Part shown: in pieces, positions 28,460 through 43,317 of the stretch
Layout: every line of letters starts with the position of its first letter
Numbering within the stretch: position 1 is the first letter of the stretch
From: Eledone cirrhosa
Taxonomy: Eukaryota
Direction: 5' to 3'
DNA: 64,000 bases
Assembly (NCBI GenBank): GCA_964016885.1
Contig: OZ024742.1
Coordinates: forward strand, 177,196,001 to 177,260,000
Notes under the pieces: generated by a model
Database searches by the model: none
What the model saw: only the letters and a program-made list of their open reading frames with translations
What the model was told of the DNA's origin: nothing
Translations under genes and position numbers: made by a program

Positions 28460-29190
28460 TTAGCCATCGGGCTTTAACACTGGCTTAAAGTGTTTGAAAG
28501 TTGCAAAGTTCTTGTGCATGCAGTTCGGGCAGTGTTCAGAGAGTTTGTCCAGTAGCGGGCCCTTGGCGAATAAAATTTCGTAGCTCTCTGAAATTCAAAG
28601 TTCGCAACCCTTGTGTCCTCTGTTGTAAGAGCGCGCTATCTGGAGTATTTTCCATTTAAGCGTGAAGGGGTTGGAGTTCCTTTTGAGGTCCCAAACGTAG
28701 GAGGCGAGTGTTGTCTGATTTGATTTGTCCGGTCTGCTGAAGGAGTGGGTATGGGCATACCAACGGGTCTTAAAGTTGTTGGAGGTCATGCCGATGTAAG
28801 TTTTTTTGCAATCCTCGGTGCCTGAGATGAGATCGCATTTGTATACGATATCATTTGTGAGGCATTTGTTTTCAAGTGGGCATACTTCCTTATTTAGGCA
28901 ATTACATAGAGCCCCAGTCCGGGGATTGGGTTCGGAGGTGGTTGGCTTATTTAATTTTTTAGAAATGTGGTTTGCTATATTCCTAGCTAGGTTAGGTGTG
29001 GTGGAGTAAGACAGTCTTATTGTGTTCTTATTAAAGATGGTGTGGGACCTATGTTGTATGGGGAAGTGTAATTTCAGCAAAGTGAAGAAAATCCTAGCTA
29101 TCGGAGTAGATACCTCTCTATTGAAGGGAGGGTTGTACCAGCTAATCTGCCTATGTCTATTCCTCCTCTGCAAACTTGCGGTGGTTTCTA
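28460..29190 (-). pseudogene. PLE C-terminal region: WYNPPF domain, CxC...CPL...C linker, GIY-YIG; in-frame TGA at 28595-28597
   Basis: [43 protein letters not shown]. The frame continues past the TGA (ISESYEILFAKGPLLDK..CMH..FKHFKP) to a TAA at 28460. Confidence 0.85.
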
Positions 29191-29208
29191 GGTATATATA
29201 TATATATA

Positions 29209-29249
<41 letters not shown>

Positions 29250-29293
29250 ATATATGTGTATGTATTTGTGTATATGTGTATGTATGTGTGTGC

Positions 29294-29395
<102 letters not shown>

Positions 29396-29417
29396 GAATA
29401 TATGTATGAATGGTGTA

Positions 29418-29473
<56 letters not shown>

Positions 29474-29567
29474 GTGCTTTTTCCTTATATATGTGTATAT
29501 GTGTGTGTGTGTGTGTATATATATATGTATGTGTGTGTGTGTATGTATATGTATATATTTGCTCATG

Positions 29568-29614
<47 letters not shown>

Positions 29615-29667
29615 TTGTGTGTATGTGTGTGTATATGTATATATATGTATATGTGTGTATATGTGTG

Positions 29668-29705
<38 letters not shown>

Positions 29706-29712
<7 letters not shown>

Positions 29713-30170
29713 GATAAATCTACCAAGAGTTTACGGTAGTGTCCAATCCGTATGAAGAACTCAATGTATTCCGGATATCATGGAAAGAAGAGATGTAATG
29801 AAAAACCACTTTCGGTGAAAGATAAACGGTATACAGAGTCAAGATAAAATATTAAACAAATAATGAATAAACAATTCCTTATATTAAACAAAAAAAGTTC
29901 ATTATTTAACGATCGTTTCTAGGATATATATGTGTTAGAATTGGTATGCATATTCATTCAATAAATATACTTCATTATTTCTGAAGACGGCGTATATATG
30001 TGTTTGGTATGTATATTTAATCTTGATAATTTGTATAATTTTGTATAATTTTGTACATAGATCTGTTGAATATGCATACCAATTCTAACACATATATATC
30101 CTAGAAACGATCGTTAAATAATGAACTTTTTTTGTTTAATATAAGGAATTGTTTATTCATTATTTGTTTA

Positions 30171-30180
<10 letters not shown>
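29706..30180. mobile_element. Fold-back mini-element of family C nested in the PLE arm
   Basis: Tail 29706-29845 (its start matches 15632-15705); arms ~29845-29957 and ~30067-30180 are inverted. Confidence 0.8.
29971..30125 (+). ncRNA. Hammerhead ribozyme with 116 nt stem II (family C)
   Basis: ttcattattt CTGAAGA [29988-30103] GAAAC GATC GTT aaataatgaa. Stem I is a perfect 10 bp; stem II tatatatgtgtt/aacacatatata and ggtatgtatatt/aatatgcatacc. Confidence 0.8.
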
Positions 30181-30209
<29 letters not shown>

Positions 30210-30364
30210 ATATATATGTATGTGTATGTATGTGTATATGTATACACATGTATATTTGTGTGTATGTATGTATGTGTGTGAGTGTATATATATGTGTATA
30301 TATGTGTGTGTGTGTGTGTGTGTATATGTATGTGTGTATGTGTGTGTGTATATATGTATGTGTG

Positions 30365-30421
<57 letters not shown>

Positions 30422-30997
30422 ATGTATATATATATAGATATATTTATATATGTGTGTGTGTTTTTATGTGTGTATATGTGTATGTGTATGTGTGTTTATG
30501 GTTGCGCGCGAGTGTGTGAGTGAGTGTGTTTTTTTGTGAATGTGTCTGTTGATTTTTGGCATATAGTTGATTAGTTTAAGAGAAGTTCGAAGATAATTGT
30601 AAGATATGCACTCAGTATTTTGAATCTGTCTACAGAATTATCTAACACTTTGTCACTTGGTAGAACCTTAATGAATTTAGCTTTTAAAGAATCTCCCTTT
30701 CCTTTAATTATATCTACCATGACTGACCCCCCCCCCCCCACTGATCTTATAGACATCTGTTAGCTTAAGAGAAACTTAAAGACAAGGAATGGTATGCCAT
30801 CCGGAACCTGTTTATAGAATTCTGTCTGCCTTTGTTACTCTAAAAACAAAAATTAATAAAAATAAACCATAGCTTTGTAGAATTAGCTTTTAATGAATTC
30901 CCTTTTCTATCAACCAATGACCTACACCCATCCCACTCCCCACCCTCTCCTACCACTTGTAGAGACCTATAAATACCATATTTATTTTTTGATACCC

Positions 30998-31048
30998 AGA
31001 TTCCTGATGATTTCTAAAGAATGAAACAGTTCTAGTCCTGTAGAATCT
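30998..31048 (+). ncRNA. Type I hammerhead ribozyme (family B)
   Basis: agattc CTGATGA tttctaaagaat GAAACAG ttctagtc CTGTA gaatct. Confidence 0.85.
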
Positions 31049-31616
31049 CATCTATATTAAAACTATATATATATATGTGTGTGTGTGTAATAAAACAAGG
31101 ACGAACGGTTATTCCTTCATTACGTTTATTGGTGGCGCGCGTTTCGCTATTGATCAGCTCATGGTTCGATCTTTATCGATCTAGGCGGATTCTGCCATCA
31201 ATGGCTCGTCGGACCTCGTCGTGTGTGTACGTAATTCCTATCTTTACATATACAGTAGAAAGTGAACCGAGTCTGTGCTAATTGGTTGCATAACATGCCA
31301 GATTTAAGTAACTTCCTGTAAATTAGAAAGACATCAATGTTCAAATGTGTTTGGCTTCTCATCACAAGATATATATATCACCTAAAGAACACAATGGAAT
31401 AATCAATATAATGTATCACTGAAATTTACGTGGGAGGACGTAATTTTTCTCCAAATAAATTTGTGTTCCGTTACTTTATGTTTACACTCTCATCTCCCTT
31501 TTTATTTCCTATTTTATTCCCCGTTATAATTTCTGATGACGAATTGTCTCCGAAACTTTCAGACATTTGTGTATTATATCGAGCGTTAATTTAATATATA
31601 TCTTCATTTTGCTATC

Positions 31617-31711
<95 letters not shown>

Positions 31712-31713
<2 letters not shown>

Positions 31714-33040
31714 ATAACAAGTTATCCAGTTAGAGGTTGTGTGTACTCTGTATTGTGGATAGTTTTAACGTATGGCTATGTTTGACTCAACAAATGTTTT
31801 CATAGCTAGGTAGCGAGTTCGCGAGAGTTCCTATGCAGATTATACTTGGAGAAATAATAGTGAAAGAATGAAGAGTTACATGGTTGGCTGTACAACAAGG
31901 GGCTTTATTTCAGGTATTAACAATTGTTTCGTTGATCAGGTGAGTCTAGAGGCTGCTAATCACTCGAAGTTGCGTCACTTGAGCTTAAAAACAGTGTTAC
32001 CATCTGATCAAATCATCGGAATACTAGAGATTTCACATATGCCAATGGTATATATAGAGATACAACGTAGAATCAAAACAATAATCTCAATAATAAAATA
32101 TAATGATAAAGAAGTAAAGAAGTTACAGATGTAAAAATAAGTAAACAAATAAGTTTAAAAAAAGTAAAAGATTATAAGTACAGAATACGAGTGCTGATAA
32201 TAGTGGTGGTAGTAAGCAAGTGAATATATAAAGATGTGAGGGTGGAGATAATACTAACATGAAAAGCTACATTAGATACATACTTATATACGTGGTAATT
32301 AAAAATTAAGTGAGGGATACGAGGATGAAACATAAGGGATGGGGTAAGGACAGGGAAGGACATTTATACGTGCGTGTGTTAAATGTTTAGTATGCTGATT
32401 GTCTTAATGGGGTTGATGTGGCTTTAGGGAGAGAGAGTGAACATTAACCACACACACATACAAATTCCCCTTCCCCGTCCTTAGCCCTAATCCTTATGTC
32501 TCATCCTCGTATCTCTCACTTAAATGTTAATTTATTATTTTTTATCTTTTATCTGTCATTTGTTACTACCTCTTATTCTCTACTTCTAACCCTCTGAGAT
32601 TTGACCACCACGTATGTATGTATCTAATGTTGCTTTTCATGTTCGTATTATCTCCACCCTCACATCTTTATATATTCACTTGCTCACTACCACCCCTATT
32701 ATCAGCACTCGTATTCTGTACTTACAATTTTTTTTACTTTTTTTACTTATTTTTTCAGTTATTTTTTACATCTGTGACTTCTTTACTTCTTTATCATTAT
32801 ATTTTATTATTGATGTTATTATTTTGATTCTACGTTGTATCTCTCTCTATATATACCATTGCCATATGTGAAATCTCTAGTATTCTGATGATTTGATCAG
32901 AGCTAAACACTGTATTTAAGGTCGAGTGACGCAACTTCGAGTGGTTAGCGGCCTTTAGACTCACCTGATCAATGAAACAGTTGTTAATACTTGAAATAAA
33001 ACCCTTTGTTGTACAGCCGACCATGTTATTCTTCAATTCT

Positions 33041-33045
<5 letters not shown>
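31712..33045. mobile_element. Fold-back element (family E): tail plus ~530-600 bp inverted arms with HHRs
   Basis: 31861-32390 is inverted at ~32440-33045; tail 31712-31860; (TA)n flanks. The minus-strand HHR at 31913-32025 has a CCGATGA core. Confidence 0.8.
32879..32991 (+). ncRNA. Hammerhead ribozyme with 82 nt stem II (family E)
   Basis: agtatt CTGATGA t-ttgatcag...ctgatcaa-t GAAAC AGTT GTT aatact. Stem I 6 bp; base of stem II 8 bp. Confidence 0.8.
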
Positions 33046-33135
<90 letters not shown>

Positions 33136-33190
33136 TAAAATAACAGGATGCTGGGCTTGTGTAAATCCATGAAAGGTGAACCAACAAACC

Positions 33191-33240
<50 letters not shown>

Positions 33241-33425
33241 GAGTTTTTCAAATATTAATAATAATATTCGTTTGCAATTATGCAAACGGCCTCATTTTTA
33301 AAGCCATGTCATGTCAGTAGAATGAGCCCCTCATTGTTGCTCTTGTGTTGGCATGTAAACAGAACTGCAAACAGTAATGTTTCTGGGTATCACCCTTCAT
33401 CATTACACGTCACAATTCACCTTTT

Positions 33426-33467
<42 letters not shown>

Positions 33468-33471
<4 letters not shown>

Positions 33472-33861
33472 CTTAAAAATGGAATGAGAATAAGAAGAAA
33501 GCAAGAACGGGGTGGGGGTCCTCATCAGTTGTCTCCTGGTTGTCTTGGATATTTCAACGCTTTAAAGACAATATATTTACCCCCAGGGCGTTCAATAACC
33601 GGGTAAGTTATTGGGTAAACTAAGGAGGGAGAGAAGGAACATTGAAGGGAAAAGGGGAAAAGGGAAGAAAAGAGAAAACAGCGAAAAAAACACCAAGCCG
33701 AAGAATGTGCAGCAACTTAAGGCAGAAATCCAAGACCACAGCGGTAACAGAACATATGTTCAAGAGCATGTGATCGAACGAACGGATGACAGCGAAACTG
33801 ATGAGGAAAACGTCCCTCCTCTTTCTTGTTTCTTCTTATTCTCATTCCACTTTAAAGCCTA
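33468..33861. mobile_element. Small element with imperfect ~60 bp inverted termini in (TA)n
   Basis: aggcttaaaaatggaatgagaataagaagaaa...cctcatcagtt versus aactgatgagg...tttcttcttattctcattccactttaaagcct. Confidence 0.6.
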
Positions 33862-34151
33862 TATATCAATATACACACATATAAGCGTGTGTATATCATT
33901 ATATCTTCGTTTACTGGTGGGTCTCTGATTGGATGAAGTTATGTAGCGTTCGGTCAAACAAGGATCATTAAATTAGTGCCAAGTTGGAAAAGTAAGTACT
34001 AGGGGTTAATATAATACAGTTCCCTGAATACACTGCCCAGCATGGCCACAGTCTAACGACTGAGACCGATGAGGGAATATTCAAAAACATTACACATACA
34101 CATATATATATATGTAATGTTTATATATACAAATACATATTTATATTTAAT

Positions 34152-34228
<77 letters not shown>

Positions 34229-34709
34229 TATAGATATGTATGTATGAATTTATATACACATAGATGTCCATATGTATATACATATAGATATATTATAAAG
34301 ATAGTGGGCAGACGGTAAGGGACGATAAATTCAATGATATTGTTTTTTCCTATATCCGCCATTACAGACGCTGAACGAAAAACATATTTTATAAGAGATA
34401 AAAGAACTATAACTGAGATAAACAGGCACAGGAAATAACTGTGGTATTCCTAATGAAAAAAAAATCAACAAACATCAAAAATAATCTTGCTTGGTTTAGT
34501 ATATAGGTATATGGTAACACTTGTCGGTATCACCTACGCAGACCCAACAAAAACGAGTATTTCGATATGATTGAGATGTATTTTAAAAGAGAGAAATCAA
34601 CACAAAAACGGGAAAAAAAATTCATGCAAAATAGAAAAGAACAAACACACAAACAAATACTATAAACAATTCGATATAATGTTTAGCACAAATCTCAATT
34701 ATATATATA

Positions 34710-34767
<58 letters not shown>

Positions 34768-35385
34768 GGTGTATGTGAGTGTGTGTATATATGGATAAAT
34801 ACGTATATACCTCTGTGTTCGTATAAAAATGAATAATGAGAGAGAGGGAGAGAGAGAGAATAAATAAATTATATATATATATATTGTGTGTGTGTGTGCG
34901 CGTGTGTGTGTGTGTGCGTGTGTGAGCGATTGTTTGTGTATGTGTTTTAATACATGAAGGAATATGTATGTTAATAGAAAATGTATATACACGATATATA
35001 TTCTGAAACAGAAAGAGAGAAAAATAGGAAGAGTGACAGATAGTTAGATTGGACGGTGAGAAGTTCCACGCAAACGCAAAATACCATCACAGATACAATG
35101 TGGAATAATATGCCACAACGCAATCAGTTTGGAAATGTGATTATACATAATTAATATAAGATTTTCTCACGGTCTGACGCATTCTAAGTTGATCATTGAA
35201 TTATTGCTTGCAATAATAAAACATTTCAAGTAAACTACAAATATTTAAACAAAAACAATATATCATAATATACGCTTAAAAATACTGAGACAACCACACA
35301 CGCTTACACTCATACACATACACATATGTATGTATATACAGACATGCATTCACGCATATATATATATATATATATACGCAGATAG

Positions 35386-35419
<34 letters not shown>

Positions 35420-35527
35420 ATATATATATATATATACTCACACACGCATATATATATATATATATATAGACGCAGATACACATATATATGTAATTTTATA
35501 TATATACAATTATATTTAATAATCAAC

Positions 35528-35572
<45 letters not shown>

Positions 35573-35579
35573 AGAGAGA

Positions 35580-35620
<41 letters not shown>

Positions 35621-35769
35621 TTAGCGATAGAAAGTGAGGGAGAGACAGGGGCAGAGCAGGGATCAGACAGAAAATTATGCCTACATACACGCACAAAGAA
35701 ATATATGTATATATACACACATATATACAAATGTGCATACATATATATATATGTATCTATATATATATA

Positions 35770-35836
<67 letters not shown>

Positions 35837-36385
35837 AGAGGGAAGGCAAGAGCGAGATACATATAATATATTTAAGTGTCTTCATATGTGTGAGCACTTG
35901 TATTATTGTGCATGTACGTGTGTGTGTGTGTATGTTTTTGCGTGAGTATAAGTGTTTATTTGTCTATGTGTAAAGAAATATTAATGTTCTTGTTATACAT
36001 TCGTTTGATTTCTTTTTCCCCTATTTATATCGATGCTTTTATTTGCATAAATTTCGCAATGGTACTCTGTGTAAAAGATATCGATATTTCTAATCGAATT
36101 TCGAAACTCCCAATATAGTTTATGGTTTCGTCTCCCATTTCTAAAACCTACAAAAACAAAAATGGAAACCACATTTGTCTAAGTGGATGAGTGGATGATC
36201 ATCCGTCGTTTTCTACAGTCAATATTCCAGTTGTTGAATCAACTCAACAGCTTGCCTCTTGAAGTAACGTACGCATGGCAGGGCGTTCCCCAAACACGTA
36301 TAAACCTCTACGTAATTCTCATGTTAATGCAACATGACTCTGTATTCTCCTGGTGACAAGTATTTTAAGTAGTGATGAGTTATCA

Positions 36386-36447
<62 letters not shown>

Positions 36448-36769
36448 CAAAGGAATTGTGGTAAGGAACCAGATGGACCAGAAATAGCCGTCGAAACAGC
36501 TTGAGCGCTGCCGTTGGGGTCATACTTTTTCCTATATACATATATGAATATAAATATATAATAATTGTAAATCGAAGTTTAGCTGTTGTACAGCAAGTAC
36601 TATTTGATTTGTTTGAGGGAATCACAAAGCAATCAATGGATCGAAAGTTAAAAACAAACATTAAGTCCAGAGTTATCACCATAGTTATAAAGTGAGACAC
36701 CAAGAAAATCGAGCGAAGGCACCAACTTATTTGTTCGTTTCTTTTCTTCCTGATATATATATATATATA

Positions 36770-37822
36770 CTAGCAGCAGTACCCAGTGTTGCCTGGGTAG
36801 GTAAAATAATATCTGCTTTGATGAAAAGGTGTTGATCTTAGTTTCTTGAAAATCGGTCGTAAATCTAGCAAATGGCGAAATGTTAAGTAAAATCGTATGG
36901 AATATGTGAGAAGTGGAAAGAATCGTATTTTGAAGAGTTAAACGGCTGCCACGTCATCCCTGAATAAAAAATGCAAAGTGTAAAGCTACTATAAGATGTG
37001 CAATGATAGGTATATCGTAGTATAAAAGTTGAACAAAATTAATTGATTTATGTGTGAGGTGGAGCCAAAGTTTCGAATTTGAACGAAATTGGTTGAAAAA
37101 TGTGGGAGTTAATGATAGGTTCTATCGTAGTATAAAAGTTGAACCAAATAAATTGATTTATGTGTGAGGTGGAGCCGAAGTTCAGAATTTGAACGAAATC
37201 GGTTGAAAAAGAGGGAGCTAGTGACTAGAAGGCGGAAATTTGAGCGAAAAGGTGGTATTTTCGAATATTTAAGCGACTGCCACGCCGTTTCTGAATAAAA
37301 TATTGAAAATATAAAGATAGTTTAAGACGTGAGATCATCACATCTAGCGTAGTGTAAAATTTGAACAAAGTAGGTTGATTAATGTGGGAGCTAGAGCCGA
37401 TAAAGTGGAAATTTGAGTCTAAAAGTATTTTTTTTTAATATTTAAGCGGCTGCCACGCCGTCCCTGAACAACAAATGCAAAGTATAAAGAGATTACAGGA
37501 TGTGCAAGGATAAATTCTATTTTGCTTTAAAATCTGAATAAAATCGGTGGCAAAATGTGGGAGCTAGAGCCAAAAATCTTATTTTTCGTTACCTAAAGAA
37601 AGGTGACCGCCCTATTGATTTTTATCTGCAGAATGACCCCGGAATAAAAATAAACGATACGCTGATATATAGAAAACACTTCGCGATCACTACTCTATGA
37701 GCCTGTAAACTTTCATGAAAATCGGTCGTAAGATGTAGGCCCCTATAGGTATTACACAGACACACAGACAGACACACACACACATACACACACACACATA
37801 TTTAATTTTATATATATACAGA
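36770..37822 (-). mobile_element. Non-autonomous Helitron with internal 90-180 bp subrepeats
   Basis: On the minus strand it begins A|TC and ends with hairpin tacccag-N6-ctgggta followed by CTAG|T. Subterminal CAGA/CA repeat; tandem blocks at 36930-37570. Confidence 0.75.
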
Positions 37823-38261
37823 TATATATAGATATATATATATATTAAAATAACAGATTAAAATTTAAGCAAAGAATCGCTGCTTTCACCTTTAACAGAA
37901 TCTTCTGAAACTATATAAGGTTAAATATATATTTGATATATATTTATCCTTGAGCCCTCTATGTATTTTAGTCTTCATATTTATTATTATTACTATATAT
38001 ATATATATATATATAGATATAGATATATGTGTGTGTGTATGCGTGTATGTGTATATATGTGTATGTGTATGTGGTAGGCATGTGTCTACCACTAATTACT
38101 GCTGGATCGTCTGTTAAAGCAATAAATGGTGTTACGTGGTCCCGTCTGGTGCGGGCTTTATACCCAAGGGTTAAGATGTTTGTAATATGCTGTGTTTAAA
38201 TAAAAGTAAGCAGGAAAGAAGTCAATGTTGCAGCAGAGATGAATATTATTGCATATGACTA

Positions 38262-38446
38262 GGGCGGTGGATTGGCAGTATCGGTAGAGGGTCGGACGCC
38301 ATGCTTTCCAGCATAGTTACGTCCCTTTACGATCTGAGTTCAAATCCCGCCGAGGTTGACTTTGCCTTTCATCCTTACGGGGTCGATAAAATAAAGTACC
38401 AGTAATGCACTGGGTAATTGCTGGCCTTGTGCCTAAAGTAGAAACA
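38262..38446 (+). mobile_element. Full-length tRNA-derived SINE with 17 bp TSD
   Basis: TSD attattgcatatgacta at 38245-38261 and 38447-38463; A box tggcagtatcgg; B box gagttcaaatccc. Confidence 0.93.
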
Positions 38447-39544
38447 ATTATTGCATATGACTATTGTTTCCATATCAATCAGCTCAGAGTTTAATCAACA
38501 TGTTCGAGACCCCACTCTGTACCGACTTCTCATCAGACATGTGTTAGTATCTGCTGAACACATTCTAACTAGTGAAAGCAGACAAGTTATCTCTTTATAT
38601 ACATTTATTTTGGGACATATGTGAGAGGACGGAAGGGGGAGATGAATAATTACTCCAAAAATATGTGTACATAAACCTATCCCTTGACTGTTTTCAACAG
38701 TTAGAATATGTGCAGCACACCCTAACGTATATCTGATAATGTCGCTGAATAATCGCGCCTCGAACTTTATGATCAAACCCCGAACGGATCGATATCGAAA
38801 CAATTGTCCCGTGCAATAAAATTCATTTATGGAGCAACCTTTACTTCGTGCTTACCGGGTATATATATATATATATATATTTTTATGTATGTATGTGTGT
38901 GTGTGGGTGTGTGTGTGTCTCAGTGATTTAATGAAATCGGATAATATTTATTTTGGCGGTAGAGCTAGATACGGCGGACATTTTATAGTGTTATATGGTG
39001 TGATAGGGAATTGATTGACTTCCCTCATGACTACACCCCATACGTAGTATTCCAACTAGCCTGCTATGGTTGGTGTGCCATGATTCTGGCGTTGTAGCAC
39101 ATCATTTTTGGGACGTCTTGCCCTTATGAAATGTCAACAAATATCGTGCATACATAGCCGATATCTCGCACGTTTACGGAGAGCTGAGGGGATACATTTG
39201 ATAGGAGCTGTGTGCTCTTGGGCGGGGAAACTATAAAATAGCTTATAAAATAGGATGAAGAGCCTTAAATATCGTAAAATATGTGACCATCAGCTGCTAC
39301 GACGATTTAAACTCCGTATCTCCCAGATAGCGGCTAGCTGCTTTGAACTATTAAGCAAAGGAACCATAACAGTTTTTAATTTTCCCAAATCATGGTATAC
39401 ACATATCCAATCACCCGGACTTTAACGAAGTGGTGAGGGGATAAGGATAACATAAAGATTGGTGTGATCATGTACGGAAATGCAATAAAATAGCTTATAG
39501 TTGAGGGTGAAAGAGCGAAATATATATATATATATATATGGATG

Positions 39545-40135
39545 TGTATATAGTATATTTGGCAATATACTGTATGCTTAATTAAAAACATGTTGAATAC
39601 CTTGCGCTATTATTTTAAAGTTGTGGCTATGACACTTACTTCCTTTTTCAGCAAACAAAGGGAGATAAGTTGACAGATCTGTTTCATACGGTTGGTAATC
39701 ATTAGAGCCTGTTGAAAATTATAGATGCTGGCTTCTTATAGAATTCCAGTAATATTCAGGAACTGATTATACAGAATGATTGACGGTCCAGCAAAAATTG
39801 AAAATTAGAATTGGTGCTCTGAAATAGCGATGTATACATGAATGCATATATATAGTATATTTGGCAATATACTGTATGCTTAATTAAAAACATTTTAATT
39901 CTATAAAAATCAAACATCTATAATTTGCAACAGGCAAAGGCGAGTGCTAAGCTCTGATGAGTATCAACAGTATGAAACAGATCTGTCAGCTTATCTCCCT
40001 TTGTTTGTTGAAAAAAAGAAGTAAGTGACAGTCATTACTTTAAAATAATAGCGCAAGGTGTTCAAAATGTTTTTAATTAAGCTTACAATATATTGCCAAA
40101 TATACTCTATATACATCGCTATTTCAGAGGACCAA

Positions 40136-40140
<5 letters not shown>
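39545..40140. mobile_element. Fold-back element (family F) with two inverted HHR copies
   Basis: 39545-39710 is inverted at ~39945-40112. The minus copy 39666-39710 has the mutated core CTAATGA. Confidence 0.75.
39948..39993 (+). ncRNA. Type I hammerhead ribozyme (family F)
   Basis: taagct CTGATGA gta-tcaacag-tat GAAACAG AT CTGTC agctta. Palindromic stem III ACAGATCTGT; GUC triplet. Confidence 0.85.
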
Positions 40141-40166
<26 letters not shown>

Positions 40167-40418
40167 TTATTCTTCTGAAAGAAGATCCCGTTAAGGGTAA
40201 AAGCAGCGATTCTTGCTTTAACTTTAATCTGTTATTTTAATAAATATTTGCTCTATGGTTCTTATATATTTGATATACATTTATCCTTATCGAGCCCTCT
40301 TAGGATTTTAGTCTTCCAATATATTATTATTACTATATATATATATATATATATATAGTAATAATAATATATTGGAAGACTAAAATCCTAAGAGGGCTCG
40401 ATAAGGATAAATGTATAT

Positions 40419-40478
<60 letters not shown>

Positions 40479-42109
40479 CCACCTTCACGACATCAGTAAT
40501 AATAGTAATAATTTTGCCGTTGGGTCACTAGTAAAATAAATATATGATCCGCGTAGCTTGAGGTAGAAATATAAAACTGAAATTGGCAGGATTTCAACTC
40601 GGTCAGCAAAAAGTAGATACTACATAGCAGTTAATAATTTAGTATACCTGTTCGCCATTTTAGCAATTCCGCTGTCTAGTTTTAGCAAATGTACAGGCAG
40701 GTTGGCGGAAAGTTTAAGAAGTTCTCATAACCAATATGACCGGAATTATATCCCACAACGTCTCAATTTAAGCAAGTGTCATTTACCATAGCCTCGGATC
40801 GTTCTATATCCTATATGTGGAATCAGGTAGACGGAGAATATTTGGAAGCTCGTCAGATAGATTGTATCTGTAATTAAAATGGCCAAAATTGTTAAACACA
40901 ACATACTGACTCCTCCTGACAGTTATGACAAGGGTAAATGTGTCTGTAGACTGCGGTGGCTTTTTCAAGTTAATTTCAATTGATCAAACTACGTGTACTG
41001 ATTTCACGCGGATCGTTACAAAGGAAATCTGATCTCAGTTAAATTTCAACTTAGATTGTAGTTAGCCGAAACATATGACAGAGCAATAAACCCGATGCCC
41101 TAATGACTACACAATTTCCCAGCCTAAAATGTACCGCAACTGATATCAGTTTTGACTAGTTGTACAATTGTCGTTAAAGATCAACAAGCTTTCACCAGAG
41201 CTGGCTAAACTTCTAAAGCTGGTGGATTTTTTTTTTCTTTTTCGAGAACGATAATTCTATCATAACGCCTCTAGATAAATGCACCGCCTTCTCCGCTTCA
41301 GTAGAACATGTTAGTCTATGATGTAGGGACAATGACAATATCTAAATAATTAGATATAATACATTTCAGAGATATATAATAAAATATTTACATTGAGGAC
41401 TGCTGTAACACAAAACCTTATAATAAATTTATGCTGATGAATGCAATATTTACCTATTCTATCTTTGTTTTTCTAAAACGAAAACAATATAATCATACAA
41501 ACCACATATGTTATTATATACATACTCAGATTCCAACTATTACAAACACATATATATATATGTGTCTCTGTGCGCGTGAGTGTGTATGTCTGCCTGTGCC
41601 TGGGTGTGTTTATATGTGCATATATAACACGCGTACATAATTATATATGGCAGCGAGTCATAGCCAATGAGAACAATGGAACAATGGACTAATACAAGAT
41701 GAAAATATTTGACTATTTTGCCAGCGATCTATTCCTCCATTTTAGCATGGTCGAAATTCGTTGCACGAGGATCGATTCCTTCCAGCAACACCTAATAAAA
41801 TGTTGACTCCGTTGTTAATACACCCCCACCCAACGCATGGCGTAAACTCATCCAAGATTAAGTAAATGTAGATTGGCACGATTAAACTCGATCTTGGGAA
41901 TATTTTCTGGTCTTCCCTTATATTGTGTCCGCCATTGGAATCCTGGCTAGATGACAATAATCACTATGCGGGAATTTATTACAACCGGCTTGACGATAGT
42001 GGGGGTAGTGTTGCTGAGACAAGTACAATTACACGTATAATGTATGTTAATGGCCCTTTCTCCAAATCTTCCAATTTGTATGGGCGGATACAGACATACA
42101 TGCATAAAG

Positions 42110-42148
<39 letters not shown>

Positions 42149-43067
42149 AACACACAAACACACACACAGATAATATTACACACTGAATTTTTCCGCCAAA
42201 AATAAGGGTTGCCTCCCTTGTCGAGGCCCACGTGGGTATTGGTAACTGTCAATCTTTGGCCTGGCACTTGAACTAAAACCTGTTGAGAAAGTAACTTCAT
42301 TGTTCAATGATCTTACCAAAAGCTTAACATTATTTGTCTAAGCGGACAGTACTTGATTTAGGAGTTGCAGAAACCCAAATGCTTGATTTTACCAACCATC
42401 CAGGGATCCGGGTAATTTTTTCAATCATATTTTTTATTTGTTTGACCTGAATTACCTGGTCGTTTCTATGGCTGTGCGGATAATGGTTTAACCATCGTCT
42501 CAGTGTGTTTAACCTTTACATACCAACCTTTTTAATTTATAGATATTTATTTCTGTGTGTATGTATGTGTTGTGTATATGTGTATATATGTATATATATA
42601 TATATATATCTTGAGACTAGTAAAATGAGGTATCCTCTTGATAAGTCGGCAGACCTCGCAAAGACTCTATATCTTTGATATATTGTTTTTGTTTATGCCA
42701 CGAAACTACGTAGTCGAGGAATTTAGGAACAGTTTAGGTATGATACATTTTATTACTAATTATATCTAAATGTTTCTTCTCTCTTCATAATGTATATATA
42801 TATATGTATATATAAATCAGGAAAGAAGGTTGACATGGTTTGCTATACAAAAAAGGTTTAATCACATAGCTTACATTTGTTTCACTGAGCTGGTAGGTCT
42901 AGAGATCGCTATTCGCTTATTTTCGTTAATATCATCCACTACCTGGAATACCATAACTGGACTTTACCTAGGTGGACTGCATTTAACTATTATTTGTTAC
43001 CCCGTATATATATATACATATATATATATGTGTGTGTGTTTGTGTATTTGTGTGTATGTGTATGTAT

Positions 43068-43134
<67 letters not shown>

Positions 43135-43317
43135 TACACAGTTCAAGAGTAACCAATCTTAAAGAGAGAGATTGAGATAGTAGAGGAGATATGAGAGGAA
43201 AGATTGGTGAGTTAGTTAGAAGCCAAAGCGTAAAGGCATGTGTTCAATGTGCAATATGCATTAGAAAGCAGCTAGGTGGCTGGGTTCATGCAGAGGTTAG
43301 GTGCGCAGAGCTGGAAA

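Noticed and set aside
31100-31580. HHR-like motifs at ~31130-31165 (-) and ~31530-31580 (+)
   Set aside because: Core or stems are too degenerate to call.
36930-37570. CRISPR-like or regularly spaced repeat array
   Set aside because: These are diverged tandem blocks without unique spacers, inside a Helitron, in eukaryotic context with no cas genes.
38262-38350. tRNA gene
   Set aside because: A and B boxes are present but there is no cloverleaf; it is multi-copy with a TSD, so it is a SINE head.
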